NCBI GenBank assembly: GCA_014360645.1
Contig: JACIXD010000001.1
Span: forward strand, 237,647-301,646
Direction of reading: 5' to 3'
DNA: 64,000 nt
Source of the DNA: Actinomycetota bacterium
Lineage (GTDB): Bacteria > Actinomycetota > Geothermincolia > Geothermincolales > RBG-13-55-18
In this document: piece after piece, positions 32,812 through 43,250 of the stretch
Layout: every line of letters starts with the position of its first letter
How positions within the stretch are numbered: position 1 is the stretch's first letter
Position numbers and translations under genes: made by a program
The notes under the pieces: generated by a model
The model's database searches: none
Seen by the model: the letters and a program-made list of their open reading frames with translations, nothing else
Told to the model about the DNA's origin: nothing

Positions 32812-34152
32812 ATGGAGAGGCAAGAGCTGCAGGGTCCCCATGACGGCGAGAGGCGGCGCCGCGACCGCCTCATAATCATCCTCTCCCTCGTCCTTTCCCT
32901 TCTCCTGGTGGGCTCCTGCTTCGCGGTGCCCTATCTCCTCACCAGGGAAAAGCCCTCCGGCTCGAGCCGCACCGGGGATGGAGGCTCCTCTGTCCCGGAG
33001 GGCTCCGGAGGGGGCGGGGGCGATAAGGAGCTGGAAGGGGTCCTGCTGGAAAGCGACGCCTACGGGCGCGCTCGGGAGATAGTCGAGGCAAACTACGTGG
33101 ACGAGGTGGACCCCGACCTCCTGTTGCGCTCGGCGGCCCGGGGCATACGCCGCCTCTTCAAGGCCGGGGCGGATGCTGGAGCCCTGGTGGAGCGGGGGAT
33201 AACCGCCATGATCGATTCCCTGGACGACCCCTTTTCCGCGTTCATGAGCGCCGAGGACCTGGCCATGCTGGACACCCAGCTCTCGGGGCGCCTATCCGGC
33301 GTGGGGGTCGCCCTGGAGAAGGTGAAGAACGAGGTGCGGGTGACGCGGGTCCTCGAGGGGACCCCCGCCCAGGAGGCCGGCCTCCAGGAGGGGGACATCA
33401 TCAAGGAGGTGGACGGCAGGGCCACCGGGGACATGGAACTGGAGGCGGTGGTCTTCCTCATCCGCGGCCCCGAGGGCACCACGGTGCGCCTGGGAGTGGC
33501 CAGGCCTCCTTCCCTGGAGATGACCTATTACGACATCGTGCGCAGGGAGATAGAGATACCGGTGGTCAAGAGCGAGATCAGGGAGGGGGAGGTGGGATAC
33601 CTGCGCCTCACGGACTGGACGGAGGACGCGCAGGAAAAGATCTCCCGGGCCCTCTCGGAGCTGGCGTCGAAGGGGGCCAGCTCCCTGGTCATCGACCTGC
33701 GCTCCAATCCCGGCGGCTACATGGAGCCCGCCATAAGAGCGGCGGACATGTTCCTGCGCGACGGGGTCATCGTCTCCTCCCGGGGAAGGGTGGGGGGAGC
33801 CACGCGCGATTACCGCGCTGACGGCGAGGTGGAATGGGACCTCCCGGTGGTGGTGCTCATTAACCGTGGCACCGCCAGCTCCTCGGAGATCTTCGCCGCC
33901 GCCCTGCGCGAGAACGAGCGCTGCGTGCTGGTGGGGGAGACCACCTTCGGGAAGGGCTCCATCCAGAAGATCTTCCGCCAGGAGGACGGCACCGGCCTGC
34001 GCCTCACCATCGCCCGCTACTACACCCCCAGCGGCGCGAGCATCGACGACGAGGGCATCGCCCCGGATATCAGGGTGACGAACCCGGTGGTCGGCGATGA
34101 GGACACCCAGCTCCAACGCGCCCTCGAGGAGGCTGCGGCGAGGCGGCCGTGA
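32812..34152 (+). CDS. carboxyl-terminal processing protease (S41, Ctp family)
   Basis: N-terminal anchor, a PDZ domain (GLQEGDIIKEVDG) and the S41 catalytic region (LVIDLRSNPGGY...). It follows ftsEX as ctpB does in Bacillus. Confidence 0.8.
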   Translation: MERQELQGPHDGERRRRDRLIIILSLVLSLLLVGSCFAVPYLLTREKPSGSSRTGDGGSSVPEGSGGGGGDKELEGVLLESDAYGRAREIVEANYVDEVDPDLLLRSAARGIRRLFKAGADAGALVERGITAMIDSLDDPFSAFMSAEDLAMLDTQLSGRLSGVGVALEKVKNEVRVTRVLEGTPAQEAGLQEGDIIKEVDGRATGDMELEAVVFLIRGPEGTTVRLGVARPPSLEMTYYDIVRREIEIPVVKSEIREGEVGYLRLTDWTEDAQEKISRALSELASKGASSLVIDLRSNPGGYMEPAIRAADMFLRDGVIVSSRGRVGGATRDYRADGEVEWDLPVVVLINRGTASSSEIFAAALRENERCVLVGETTFGKGSIQKIFRQEDGTGLRLTIARYYTPSGASIDDEGIAPDIRVTNPVVGDEDTQLQRALEEAAARRP

Positions 34153-34189
34153 AAGAGATAAAGCCCTCTTGCGAGGGCGTTATCGAAGT

Positions 34190-34535
34190 TGGTGGAGGCG
34201 GGGGGAGTCGAACCCCCGTCCAGAAATCCGGCCGGGTGGGCTCTACGAGCGTATCCGCCGCGAGGTTTTTCGCCACCGGGTCGCCCGGCGGAGGGCTAGC
34301 CGGCGGCTATCCCGTCAGGGTTTTCCCTCGGCCCTTACGGGAGTGGGGCCTCGGTGAGCCCGCTGCATGACGCCCCTTCCCCGGTCGCGGGCCTCCCGGG
34401 GAGGGACGGGCCGCTTAAGCGGCCAGGGCCAACTCGCTGTCGGCGTCTGTTGGTTTTCCCGCTTGTTGACGAGGCTCGGGTCCCCGGCTCGCTCCCGCGC
34501 CGGCCGCCGATCCCTGTCGAAGCCGTTTCGCCCCC
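34190..34535 (-). ncRNA. ssrA: tmRNA (transfer-messenger RNA, SsrA)
   Basis: The minus strand reads 5'-GGGGGCGAAACGGCUUCGACAGGG...GGACGGGGGUUCGACUCCCCCCGCCUCCACCA-3'. The acceptor stem carries a G3:U wobble (Ala identity), the T-arm is canonical and CCA is encoded. The internal tag ORF is ...GGA AAA CCA ACA GAC GCC GAC AGC GAG UUG GCC CUG GCC GCU UAA, giving (A)GKPTDADSELALAA. smpB is adjacent. Confidence 0.85.
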
Positions 34536-34830
34536 AGGTTTTCAATGAGCTATACGATCCATCGACTCTATTGTAACCCCTATGGCAACTCCCGTGGGCG
34601 ATCCTGCCGGGAGGCGGACGGGAACCGGGCGGCTTGCGCCGGCCGCTGACTCGAGACGGCGAGTCCTGGCGAGGGCGGGGATATTCGCCGCAGGCCCGGC
34701 GGAAGGCGGGGGCCGCACGAAGCCGGAAAGCGGCGCGGCATGCCGTGAGGCTGCGACCCCGGGCGATCCCGAAGGTGGACAGGCCGCCGCGGAGCCGCGC
34801 CGGAAGCGCGGGCAGGCCCGCAGGTCCGCC

Positions 34831-35310
34831 TCATTCCCGGCCGCGACCGCCCCGGCCGGCCTCCTTGAGGGTTCGCTCGAGGTCCCGGCGCGCCTCCCGC
34901 TCCATGATGTCCCGGCGGCGGTCGGCCTTGGCCTTGCCCCGCGCCAGCCCCAGCTCCACCTTGATCCTGCCCCTCTCGTTGAGGTAAAGCCTCAAGGGGA
35001 TGAGGGTGTACCCTTTCTCGTTCACCTTGCCCTCCAGCCTGCGCAGCTCTTCTCGATGCATCAACACCTTGCGCGGCCGCAGGGGCTCGTGGTTGAAGGC
35101 ACCGCCGTGGCTGTAGGGGGCGACGTGCATGTTCTCCAGGAAGAGCTCCCCGCCGCTAATCCTGGCGAAGCTGTCGCGCAGGTTGGCCCTCCCCTCGCGA
35201 ATGGACTTCACCTCCGAGCCCAGGAGGGACAGGCCGCCCTCGAACCTCTCCTCTATGTGGTAATCGTGCCTGGCCTTGCGGTTCTCGGCCAGGGTCCTCA
35301 CGCTTCCCAT
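34831..35310 (-). CDS. smpB: SsrA-binding protein SmpB
   Basis: 159 aa with SmpB motifs (ENRKARHDYHIEERFEGGLSLLGSEVKSIREG...LHREELRRL). Confidence 0.85.
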   Translation of the reverse strand: MGSVRTLAENRKARHDYHIEERFEGGLSLLGSEVKSIREGRANLRDSFARISGGELFLENMHVAPYSHGGAFNHEPLRPRKVLMHREELRRLEGKVNEKGYTLIPLRLYLNERGRIKVELGLARGKAKADRRRDIMEREARRDLERTLKEAGRGGRGRE

Positions 35311-35562
35311 CGCCGTTCCTTTCCTCCGCCTCCGGCGAAGAGCGCTCGCGACGCTCCCCGTTCGCCGTGGTTAGCCATAATAATACACCTCGGCGGGCAC
35401 AACTCGGCGGGATGCCGTATCGTCTCGGCAGGAACGGCAGGCTGCGGAAGGCGCGGCGTGATATATTGTCGGGGATGAGGCGTTCGGCGGGGCGGAGAAG
35501 AAGGCGAGCATCCCGGAGGAGGGAGGCATCTGCTGGTCAGGCTATCGAAAGGCCTCTACCGT

Positions 35563-36234
35563 GTGAGGGGGTCTTTCGGCTCCAATATCTACCTGTTGGC
35601 CGGCGAGGGGCTGGTCCTGGTGGACGGCGGGTTCCCCATGGACCTTGCGGCCCTGCTGCTCGCCCTGAGGTCACTGGGCGCGGGGCCCGGCGACGTGGAC
35701 CTGGTCATCGCGACCCATTACCACGGCGACCACACCGGCACCATGGCCCGACTGCAGAAGGCGGGAGCGGAGGTGGCCATGCACCCCGAGGACGCGTCCT
35801 ACGCGGCGGGCGAACGCCCCCAGGAGACCTGCGAGGTGGCCCTGCACAAGCTGCTCTTCTACACCGCGTTGTGGCCGCTCTTCCGCTACCGCCACTTCCG
35901 TCCCGACCGCTTTCTGCGGGATGGGGACCGCCTGGACCTCCTGGGGGGTATGGAGGTGCTGCACGCCCCGGGACATTCGCCCGGCAGCCTCTGCCTTTAC
36001 GCCGAGCGCCCCGGCATCCTCTTCAGCGGCGACCTGGTGCGCAACGAGAGGGGGGTGCTGGAGGGCCCACCGCCGCATTTCACCCCCGACCGGGAGGCGG
36101 CCCGCGAATCCCTGCGGAGGGTGGGCGAGCTGGAGTTCGACCTGCTGCTTCCGGGCCACGGCGAGGTCATCGCGCGGGGGGCGGGGAGGCGCTACCGTAC
36201 CCTGGTGCGCGAGGGGAGGATCTGGCCTCTCTGA
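35563..36234 (+). CDS. MBL-fold metallo-hydrolase
   Basis: HxHxDH motif (ATHYHGDHTG) plus downstream His/Asp ligands. The N-terminus is uncertain: the frame is open from 35479 with no ATG, so the start may be a CTG near 35530 after GGAGGAGGGAGG, or the GTG at 35563. Confidence 0.65.
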   Translation: MRGSFGSNIYLLAGEGLVLVDGGFPMDLAALLLALRSLGAGPGDVDLVIATHYHGDHTGTMARLQKAGAEVAMHPEDASYAAGERPQETCEVALHKLLFYTALWPLFRYRHFRPDRFLRDGDRLDLLGGMEVLHAPGHSPGSLCLYAERPGILFSGDLVRNERGVLEGPPPHFTPDREAARESLRRVGELEFDLLLPGHGEVIARGAGRRYRTLVREGRIWPL

Positions 36235-36335
36235 AAAGTGGGTGGATTGGCCCGCTATCCCCCGCGGTCCCGCCGCCCCTGGGTCAGCATGGCTCCGGCA
36301 GGGTCGCAAACGCTCCGCTGCGGCGCAGGGGGCCG

Positions 36336-37964
36336 TCAGCGCTCTCTCGGCTCGCCGGCCAGGCGGCGCGCCACCGCTTCCTTTTCCGTCCGCAGGCGGG
36401 CGCGCAGGCGCTCCAGCCTCCCGGCCTCCTCCTCCCGGACGGGCGCGCTCTCGAGCTTCTCGTCGATGAAGCCCGCGGCACGCATGGCCATGGCCATGAT
36501 GGTCAGCTGGGGGTTCACTCCCAGGGAGGTGGGAAGGACGCTGGCGTCACAGATGAAGAGGTTCTCCACCTCCCAGGTCTCGCAGATGCTCTTCACCACC
36601 GAGGCGTGGGGGTCGCCGCCCATACGGCAGGTGCCCATGGGGTGGTAGGCGCTCAGCCCGTATATGCTCGCACGCCGCAGCCGGGCGCGGGACAGGCGTC
36701 GGAAGTCGCGGGGGCCGCTGAGTTCCTTGAAGCCGTCGATGGGGGTATAGACGCGCCTGGCGCCAGCCGCGAACCATATCTCCGCCATGAGCAGGATGGA
36801 GCGCTTTAGGCGGTCCAGGTCGTCCCGGCCCAGGCTGTACAGGGTGAGGGGCTGGCGTGCCGAAGGTCCCGCCACCACCTTGCCCGTGGAATCGTGCTCG
36901 CTGATCATGGAGCCGTAACTTGCTATGAAGGGGTAATCGCGCATGGTCTCGGCGTGGCGCCTACCGCCCCAAGGGAGGGTGATGGCCATCACCGCCGGTG
37001 GGATGGTAACTCCTTCCAGCATGATCCCCTCGGGAGCGAACTCGTCCACGTAGGTGCTCTGGGGTATGCCCCTGGGGTTCCCCATCGCCTCCGGCATGAG
37101 CGCCAGGGTGGCGCCGCAGGGGTGGATGGAGAGGTTCTTGCCCACCTGGCCCGAGGAGAGGCAGAGGCGGTTGTGTATGAGCATAGAGGGGGTCTGGATG
37201 GCGCCTCCGGCCAGCACCACCACCGAGGCGTGCACCTCCAGGCGCCGTGTCCTCGCGCCCGTGCGAGGGTCGGAAAAACGACCGCGCACCCCCACCGCGC
37301 GGCCGCCGCGCACCAGGATGCGCTCCGCCCGGCAACGGGTATAGACGTCGGCTCCCGCCGCCACGGCGTCGGGGATGAAGGAGACGTTCACGCTCTGCTT
37401 GGCGCCGGAGGGGCAGCCGTAGGCGCAGACCCCGAATCCCTCGCAGTCCTTGGCGTTGCGGGGGAGGAAACCCCCGGAATAGCCGAGCCGGCGGGCGTGC
37501 TCCAGGAAGAGCAGGTTGTTCTTGCCCGCCACCTCGGGGTCGGCGCGTTTCACGAAGAGGTATTCCTCGAGGGCGGCGTAGAGGAGGTTGAGCTCCTCCT
37601 CGCCGATATCCCTCAGGCCGTGCTCCAGGTGCCAGCGCTTGAGGACGTGTCGGGGGATGCGCAGGCAGGTGCCCGAGTTCACGGTGGTGGTCCCTCCCAC
37701 CGTCTTCCCCTGGGGGATGACGATGGCGGGAATCCCCAAGGCCACCGTCTGGCCGGCGTCACGATAGAGGCGGGTGAAGGCGTCGCCGGCGCGGAGATCG
37801 AAGTGTTCGCGGACGAAATGCCCTCCCTCCTCGATTACCACCACGGAACGTCCCGCCTCGGCCAGCTCCTTGGCTATGGGGCCTCCGCCCGCGCCGGAGC
37901 CGATGATCACCACGTCGGCCTCGCGCCTCACGTCCCCGGGCAGGCTCTCGGGCGTGATGATCAT
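36336..37964 (-). CDS. GMC family FAD-dependent oxidoreductase
   Basis: Starts MIITPESLPGDVRREADVVIIGSGAGGG (Rossmann GxGxxG). The C-terminal GMC active-site region is AYHPMGTCRMG. It is the real gene inside the 907-aa ORF-track entry at 36336..39059. Confidence 0.75.
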   Translation of the reverse strand: MIITPESLPGDVRREADVVIIGSGAGGGPIAKELAEAGRSVVVIEEGGHFVREHFDLRAGDAFTRLYRDAGQTVALGIPAIVIPQGKTVGGTTTVNSGTCLRIPRHVLKRWHLEHGLRDIGEEELNLLYAALEEYLFVKRADPEVAGKNNLLFLEHARRLGYSGGFLPRNAKDCEGFGVCAYGCPSGAKQSVNVSFIPDAVAAGADVYTRCRAERILVRGGRAVGVRGRFSDPRTGARTRRLEVHASVVVLAGGAIQTPSMLIHNRLCLSSGQVGKNLSIHPCGATLALMPEAMGNPRGIPQSTYVDEFAPEGIMLEGVTIPPAVMAITLPWGGRRHAETMRDYPFIASYGSMISEHDSTGKVVAGPSARQPLTLYSLGRDDLDRLKRSILLMAEIWFAAGARRVYTPIDGFKELSGPRDFRRLSRARLRRASIYGLSAYHPMGTCRMGGDPHASVVKSICETWEVENLFICDASVLPTSLGVNPQLTIMAMAMRAAGFIDEKLESAPVREEEAGRLERLRARLRTEKEAVARRLAGEPRER

Positions 37965-38368
37965 CGCCGCACCTCCCTGGCCGCGGCCTCCCTGCGCATC
38001 TCGTGGACGTCGAAGCCCAGGCATACCTGCACGTCGTCGCGGTTGTAGTGGGCCATGTAAAGAGGGATGCCCAGCACGGCGGGAATCGCCCCCAGGGCGG
38101 CGACGCGGCTCTCGTAGAGGGAGCTTAGGAAGGCGTCCGCATCCTCCGGAGGAAGGGAGTAGAACGACCTCCCTCTGGCGACCAGACAGAGCGCCTGGAG
38201 CACAAGCACCATGGCGTAGAAGAGGAGACGGAAGGCGGGCGTGCCCGCCTGCAGGAAGGCGAGGGCGAATGTAGTGACCTGGTCGGGGTCCACGGGCGGT
38301 AGCCCCTCCACCTGCTCTATGAACACCGGGGCCAGGCGCCGGATGCGGCGCGCGAAGTACTCCCTCAT
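37961..38368 (-). CDS. hypothetical small protein, translationally coupled to the GMC oxidoreductase
   Basis: 135 aa with a hydrophobic core segment. Its stop overlaps the oxidoreductase start (ATGA). It could be a small accessory subunit; no motif recognised. Confidence 0.4.
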   Translation of the reverse strand: MREYFARRIRRLAPVFIEQVEGLPPVDPDQVTTFALAFLQAGTPAFRLLFYAMVLVLQALCLVARGRSFYSLPPEDADAFLSSLYESRVAALGAIPAVLGIPLYMAHYNRDDVQVCLGFDVHEMRREAAAREVRR

Positions 38369-38666
38369 CTCTCTCCCCCTCCTCTTGGAGCTGGACCCGC
38401 TCGCGACCGGCCCTGCGCCGCCCCGACGGCGGGCCTTTCACATCAAACCGGCTCGATGACTCCCTCGATGAACATTCTATGCCCGGCTTGTTTGGGCCGT
38501 CAACGCGCGCCGCCGCGCCGCATGCCCTCCCGTCGCGCGGAACATCGGCGTGCCGCCGTCGTGCTAGAATAGGGCTTTGCGTGGAGCAGTCGGCGCCCGG
38601 AGGCGGCCGGACGCGGACCGGCCGCAGGCCCGCGGCGCGGACCCGGAAGGAAAGGAGTGCGGGGCC

Positions 38667-39485
38667 TTGAACGATGCGCCCATCGGCATCTTCGACTCGG
38701 GCCTGGGTGGTCTCACGGTGATGAAGGCGGTGATGAGACGCCTCCCCCGCGAGTCCATCATCTACTTCGGCGACAGCGCGCGCGGTCCCTACGGCCCCCG
38801 GGATATCGCCGAGATACGCGGTTTCGCGGTGGAGCTGGCCAGATACCTCGAGGAGCTGGGGGTGAAGATCGTGGTCATCGCGTGCAATTCGGCCACCTCG
38901 GCGGGGCTCCTGGAGGCGCAGCGCGCCTGCAGGGTGCCGGTGTTGGGGGTGGTGGAGCCGGGGGCCAGGGGAGCGGTCCAGGCCACCCTCAACCGGCGCA
39001 TCGGGGTGATAGGCACCAGGGCCACGGTGCGCAGCCGTTCCTATCCCCGTGCCATCCACGCCCTCGACGCGGGGGCCAGGGTGTTCTCACGGGCATGTCC
39101 GACCCTGGTGGATCTCGTGGAGCGCGGCGAGGTGGAGGGGGCGCGGGTGGAGGAGGAGGTACGGAGGTATCTCCGCCCCCTGCTCGAGCGCCAGGTGGAC
39201 ACCATCGTGCTGGGCTGCACCCACTACCCCCTGCTGCGGGGGGTCATCTCCGCGGTGGCGGGGGAGGGCGTGAACCTCATCAGCTCCGACCGGGAGGTGG
39301 CCAGGGAGGTGGAGGAGAACCTGGTGCGCAGGGGGTTCCTGCGCGACCACGGCGAGCCTCCCGTCCACCGCTTCCTGTTCACCGGGGACGTGGACCGGGC
39401 CAGGGAGCTGGGCCGCCTCTTTTTGGGTCCGGAGGTGGTGGAGGTGGAGAAGGTCGAGCTGCCCCTGCGGGGGGTGGGGAGATGA
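38667..39485 (+). CDS. murI: glutamate racemase
   Basis: TTG start 9 nt after AAGGAG. MurI motifs are present: PIGIFDSGLGGLTV, IACNSA and GCTHYP. Confidence 0.85.
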   Translation: MNDAPIGIFDSGLGGLTVMKAVMRRLPRESIIYFGDSARGPYGPRDIAEIRGFAVELARYLEELGVKIVVIACNSATSAGLLEAQRACRVPVLGVVEPGARGAVQATLNRRIGVIGTRATVRSRSYPRAIHALDAGARVFSRACPTLVDLVERGEVEGARVEEEVRRYLRPLLERQVDTIVLGCTHYPLLRGVISAVAGEGVNLISSDREVAREVEENLVRRGFLRDHGEPPVHRFLFTGDVDRARELGRLFLGPEVVEVEKVELPLRGVGR

Positions 39486-40240
39486 AGCTCACCGTGCTCG
39501 GGGCCTCGGGCACCTATCCCCGTCCGGGGGGCGCCACCAACGGCTTCCTGGTGCGCGAGGGGGCGACCGCCCTGGTGCTGGAGCTGGGCAACGGCTGCCT
39601 CTCCAACCTGCTGCGTGAGGTTGAGCTCACCGCCCTGGACGCCGTGGTCATCACCCATATGCACATCGACCATTTCGGAGACCTCTATCCCCTCTTCTAC
39701 GCCCTGCGCTTCCATCCCGCGGAGCCCTGGGGACGGCGCCTCATCCTTCCGCGGGGGGGCGTCGAGCTCATGGGAAGGATAATGGGCGACGATTCCCGTG
39801 CCTATCTGGAGCGGGTCTTCGCGCCCGAGACGCTGGAGGAGGGGAGGGAGTACCGCGTGGGGGAGGTGTCCATCCGCGCCTATCCCACCCGGCACCCCGT
39901 GGAGGGCTACGCCCTGCGCCTGGAGGGACCCGGTTGGAGCATGGCCTATTCCTCCGACTCCTCACCCTGCCCGGGGGTGGAGGAGGCGGCGCGGGGAGTG
40001 GACCTCTTCATCTGCGAGGCCACCCTCCCCGCCTCCTACGAGGAGGAGGCTTCCCACGGCCACATGACCTCCAGGCAGGCGGGAGAGACGGCGGCGAGGG
40101 CGGGGGCGAAGGGGCTGGTGCTCACCCATATCTGGCCCACCTTCGCGGTGCTTGATATCGTGCGCGAGGCGGGGGAGACTTATGGGGGAGAGGTGATGCC
40201 CGCGCGCGAGGGCATGACCTTGAGCCTGGGAGGAGGTTAG
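39482..40240 (+). CDS. MBL-fold metallo-hydrolase (YsmB-like position between murI and rph)
   Basis: [13 protein letters not shown]... with HMHIDHFGD (HxHxDH). Its ATG overlaps the murI stop (ATGA). Confidence 0.7.
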   Translation: MKLTVLGASGTYPRPGGATNGFLVREGATALVLELGNGCLSNLLREVELTALDAVVITHMHIDHFGDLYPLFYALRFHPAEPWGRRLILPRGGVELMGRIMGDDSRAYLERVFAPETLEEGREYRVGEVSIRAYPTRHPVEGYALRLEGPGWSMAYSSDSSPCPGVEEAARGVDLFICEATLPASYEEEASHGHMTSRQAGETAARAGAKGLVLTHIWPTFAVLDIVREAGETYGGEVMPAREGMTLSLGGG

Positions 40241-40242
40241 GG

Positions 40243-40995
40243 ATGTCCAGGCGCGACGGCAGGAAGGCGCACGAGCTCAGGCGCATGACCATAGTGAGGA
40301 ACTACATCGCCCATGCCGAGGGCTCCGCGTGGGTGGAGATGGGGGGCACGCGGGTGGTGTGCACCGCGACCCTGGAGTTCAAGGTCCCCCAGTTCCTCCG
40401 GGGCTCCGGGCGCGGGTGGATCACGGCGGAGTACGGCATGCTGCCGCGCTCCACCCAGGAGAGGATGAACCGGGAGTCTTCGGCGGGACGCCAGGGGGGC
40501 AGGACGCTGGAGATACAGCGCATGATCGGCCGTTCCCTGCGCGCGGTGGCGGACATGCAGGCGCTGGGAGAATGTACCATCTGGATGGACTGCGACGTCA
40601 TCCAGGCGGACGGGGGCACGCGGACCGCGGCCATCAACGGGGCCTACGTTGCCCTCTACGACGCCTTCCGAAGCATGATCGAGGCGGGCAGGCTCAAGGA
40701 GATGCCCCTGCGAGATTCCGTGGCCGCGGTGAGCGTGGGCATCGTCGACGGGGTGCCCATGCTGGACCTGGACTTCGAGGAGGACGCCCGCGCCGAGGTG
40801 GACATGAACGTGGTGATGACCGGAGGCGGTCTGTTGGTGGAGATCCAGGGCACGGGGGAGAAACGCGCCTTCAGCCGCGAGGAGTTGCAAAAGGCCCTGG
40901 ACCTGGCGCAGCAGGGGATAGAGAAGGTGACCTGGCTGCAGAACCGCGCGCTCATGGCGGCGGACGGCAGGGCGGAGCTGGAGGGGGGCTCTTGA
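40243..40995 (+). CDS. rph: ribonuclease PH
   Basis: 250 aa with RNase PH motifs ([45 protein letters not shown]). Confidence 0.85.
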   Translation: MSRRDGRKAHELRRMTIVRNYIAHAEGSAWVEMGGTRVVCTATLEFKVPQFLRGSGRGWITAEYGMLPRSTQERMNRESSAGRQGGRTLEIQRMIGRSLRAVADMQALGECTIWMDCDVIQADGGTRTAAINGAYVALYDAFRSMIEAGRLKEMPLRDSVAAVSVGIVDGVPMLDLDFEEDARAEVDMNVVMTGGGLLVEIQGTGEKRAFSREELQKALDLAQQGIEKVTWLQNRALMAADGRAELEGGS

Positions 40996-41624
40996 GCCGG
41001 GGCAGGCTGGCCCTGGCCACCGCCAACCGTGGAAAGGTGAGGGAGATCGCGCTGGCCCTCTCGGGCCTCGATCTGGATATCCTTACCAGGGACGACTTCC
41101 GCGCCTGGCCCCCGCTCGAGGAGTCGGGGGAGACCTTCGAGGAGAACGCCTCCTGCAAGGCCCTGGAGCTGGCGCGCTGGTCGGGCATCCCCGCCCTCGC
41201 CGACGACTCCGGACTGGAGGTGGAAGCCCTGGGGGGAGCCCCGGGGGTGTACAGCGCCCTCTACGCGGGGACCCACGGGGACGATGCCGCCAACCTGGCG
41301 CGGCTGATGCGGGAGATGGAGGGCGTCCCGGCGGGGAAGAGGGGCGCGCGTTTCGTGTGCGTCCTCGCCCTGGCCTCGCCGGGCGGGGACACGCTGCTGG
41401 TGAGGGAGACCTGCGAGGGGACGATAGCGGAGGAGCCCCGGGGAGAGCGGGGTTTCGGATACGACCCGGTCTTCGTGCCCGCGGGCATGGGGCGCACCAT
41501 GGCCGAACTCACCCTGGAGGAGAAGAACGCCGTCAGCCACCGCGGCAGGGCCCTGCGCCGCCTGCGCTCCCTGCTGGAGGCGGGCGAGCCTGCCTGGCTT
41601 TTCGGCCCGCTCGGTCGGGGCTGA
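40992..41624 (+). CDS. rdgB: dITP/XTP pyrophosphatase (Ham1/RdgB family)
   Basis: TTG start overlapping the rph stop. Reads [12 protein letters not shown]...[19 protein letters not shown]...FGYDPVF. Confidence 0.75.
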   Translation: MSRGRLALATANRGKVREIALALSGLDLDILTRDDFRAWPPLEESGETFEENASCKALELARWSGIPALADDSGLEVEALGGAPGVYSALYAGTHGDDAANLARLMREMEGVPAGKRGARFVCVLALASPGGDTLLVRETCEGTIAEEPRGERGFGYDPVFVPAGMGRTMAELTLEEKNAVSHRGRALRRLRSLLEAGEPAWLFGPLGRG

Positions 41625-41889
41625 TCGCCGCCGCAGAAGGTGAAGATGACCTGTACCCTGAGGGCGGCGGGAGGCGCCACGCGCCGGGAGGGGAAGATGC
41701 GCTTCCACCTCCCGCGCTAGGCGGGGCTTTAGGCCGGCTTTTCTTCGCCCGCATGCTCAAGAGCAACTCGTCCACCGCCCTGCGCGGGCTGAAGAAACTG
41801 ATGGGAACCACCTGAGCCGACGGCACGCGCCGCGCGCACGGCCCCGGAGACGGGGTGCGCGGACGCGGCTCGTGGCGGGATAAAGAAAT

Positions 41890-41965
41890 TGGAGCGGGAG
41901 ACGGGCCTCGAACCCGCGACCTAGAGCTTGGAAGGCTCTCGCTCTTCCAACTGAGCTACTCCCGC
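41890..41965 (-). tRNA. tRNA-Gly(UCC)
   Basis: Minus-strand cloverleaf GCGGGAGUAGCUCAGUUGGAAGAGCGAGAGCCUUCCAAGCUCUAGGUCGCGGGUUCGAGGCCCGUCUCCCGCUCCA. The anticodon loop is CUUCCAA and CCA is encoded. Confidence 0.85.
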
Positions 41966-42166
41966 TCGCTTCAGGGAATATTCTAGCACATGCTCAAGCC
42001 CGGTCGGATCACGTCCGGGCCTCCCGTGGGCGCCGGTCCGCGGCGGGTGCGCGCCGGGCCTTCTGGCGGCCCAGCCCGTCTCCGCCCCCGCCGTCCCCCT
42101 CCGTCGCGAAGATGCGTCCTCCTCGCGGGAGGAGGGTCGGCGCCTTCCGGTTCGCCGGCAAAAAAA

Positions 42167-42244
42167 TGGTCGGGGTGGGCGGATTTGAACCGCCGACCTC
42201 ATGCTCCCAAAGCATGCGCGCTGACCAAGCTGCGCTACACCCCG
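42167..42244 (-). tRNA. tRNA-Pro(UGG)
   Basis: Minus strand CGGGGUGUAGCGCAGCUUGGUCAGCGCGCAUGCUUUGGGAGCAUGAGGUCGGCGGUUCAAAUCCGCCCACCCCGACCA. The anticodon loop is UUUGGGA. Confidence 0.85.
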
Positions 42245-42601
42245 ATGCCCCGATTATAGCATCGCGCCGCGCGGCGCATATCCTCGAGGCGGCGGATCCG
42301 GTACGGCGCGGATACCCCATCACGCGTCCGCCGGCGGTCCGCACGGTCCTTTCTGGCTCCGACGGACCTGGCTTATAATTGGCTGCATGGACGGCCGGGG
42401 GGTGTGGGCTTCTCCGGGGCGCCGCCTCCGGAGCGCCTTCCCGGGGGTGGGACGCGATGCGCAGGGTCCCGGGCGCGCAGGGGCGGGGCCGAGATGGCGG
42501 CGGCGCAGGTGCGGGTGCACGAGAAGAGGTCCAAGACGGCGGAGCAAGGTCGTAAAGGGTAAGAGCGGCGGGAGTACGGGGCGTGCAAGGGAGGAAGAGG
42601 T

Positions 42602-43228
42602 ATGCTGGTAGAAAAGGGCTGGTTCATACCCACGCTGCAGTTCGGTGACGAGGACGTCTTCCTGGTGGAGGACTGGGATGATACCCCCGCGGGCCCCTAC
42701 CGGGCCGTCTTCCATTTCACTCCTGGGGACTTCCGCACCCTCTACGTAAGCAGCGAGGCGGGAAGAGACCTCGTCTCCACCATCCACCGCTTCGACGAGA
42801 TGCGGGTCACGGAGATGGTATCGCGAAGAGACGGCGGGCGGTGGACCGTGGAGGTCGACACGGGCGAGAAGGGGGTGCTGCGCATGGAGGTGGATCACCG
42901 GGAGACGCCCCTACTCAAGGCGGTGAACCTGGTAGCCAGGCATACCCCCGACCTCATCGCCCGCAACCGCCTCTACTGCGCGCTGCTGCCGCGGCTGGCG
43001 GCTCCCATCCTGGGCACCGACCCCGGACAGAAGCTCATGGGGGTGACGGAGATGGGGCGCAACACGCGTTTCCGCCTGGAGCGCATCTTCGAGGTGACCT
43101 CCGCCCGCTGCACCTGGGGCGGGAGGGACGTGGGGCCGTTGGTGGACTGCTGTTTCCGTCACGACATGGGGGCATATAGGACCATATCCAAGGCCATGGT
43201 CAGCTACCTGTACCTGCTGGTGGAGTGA
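42602..43228 (+). CDS. hypothetical protein
   Basis: 208 aa with no recognised motif. A TATAAT -10 lies upstream at 42372-42377. Confidence 0.45.
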   Translation: MLVEKGWFIPTLQFGDEDVFLVEDWDDTPAGPYRAVFHFTPGDFRTLYVSSEAGRDLVSTIHRFDEMRVTEMVSRRDGGRWTVEVDTGEKGVLRMEVDHRETPLLKAVNLVARHTPDLIARNRLYCALLPRLAAPILGTDPGQKLMGVTEMGRNTRFRLERIFEVTSARCTWGGRDVGPLVDCCFRHDMGAYRTISKAMVSYLYLLVE

Positions 43229-43250
43229 GGGAACGCCGGGAGGACCTTCC

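Noticed and set aside
36336-39059. 907-aa minus-strand ORF
   Set aside because: Only the C-terminal ~542 aa (from MIITPESLPGD) looks like a protein (GMC oxidoreductase). The upstream part is an open high-GC frame overlapping murI and another ORF.
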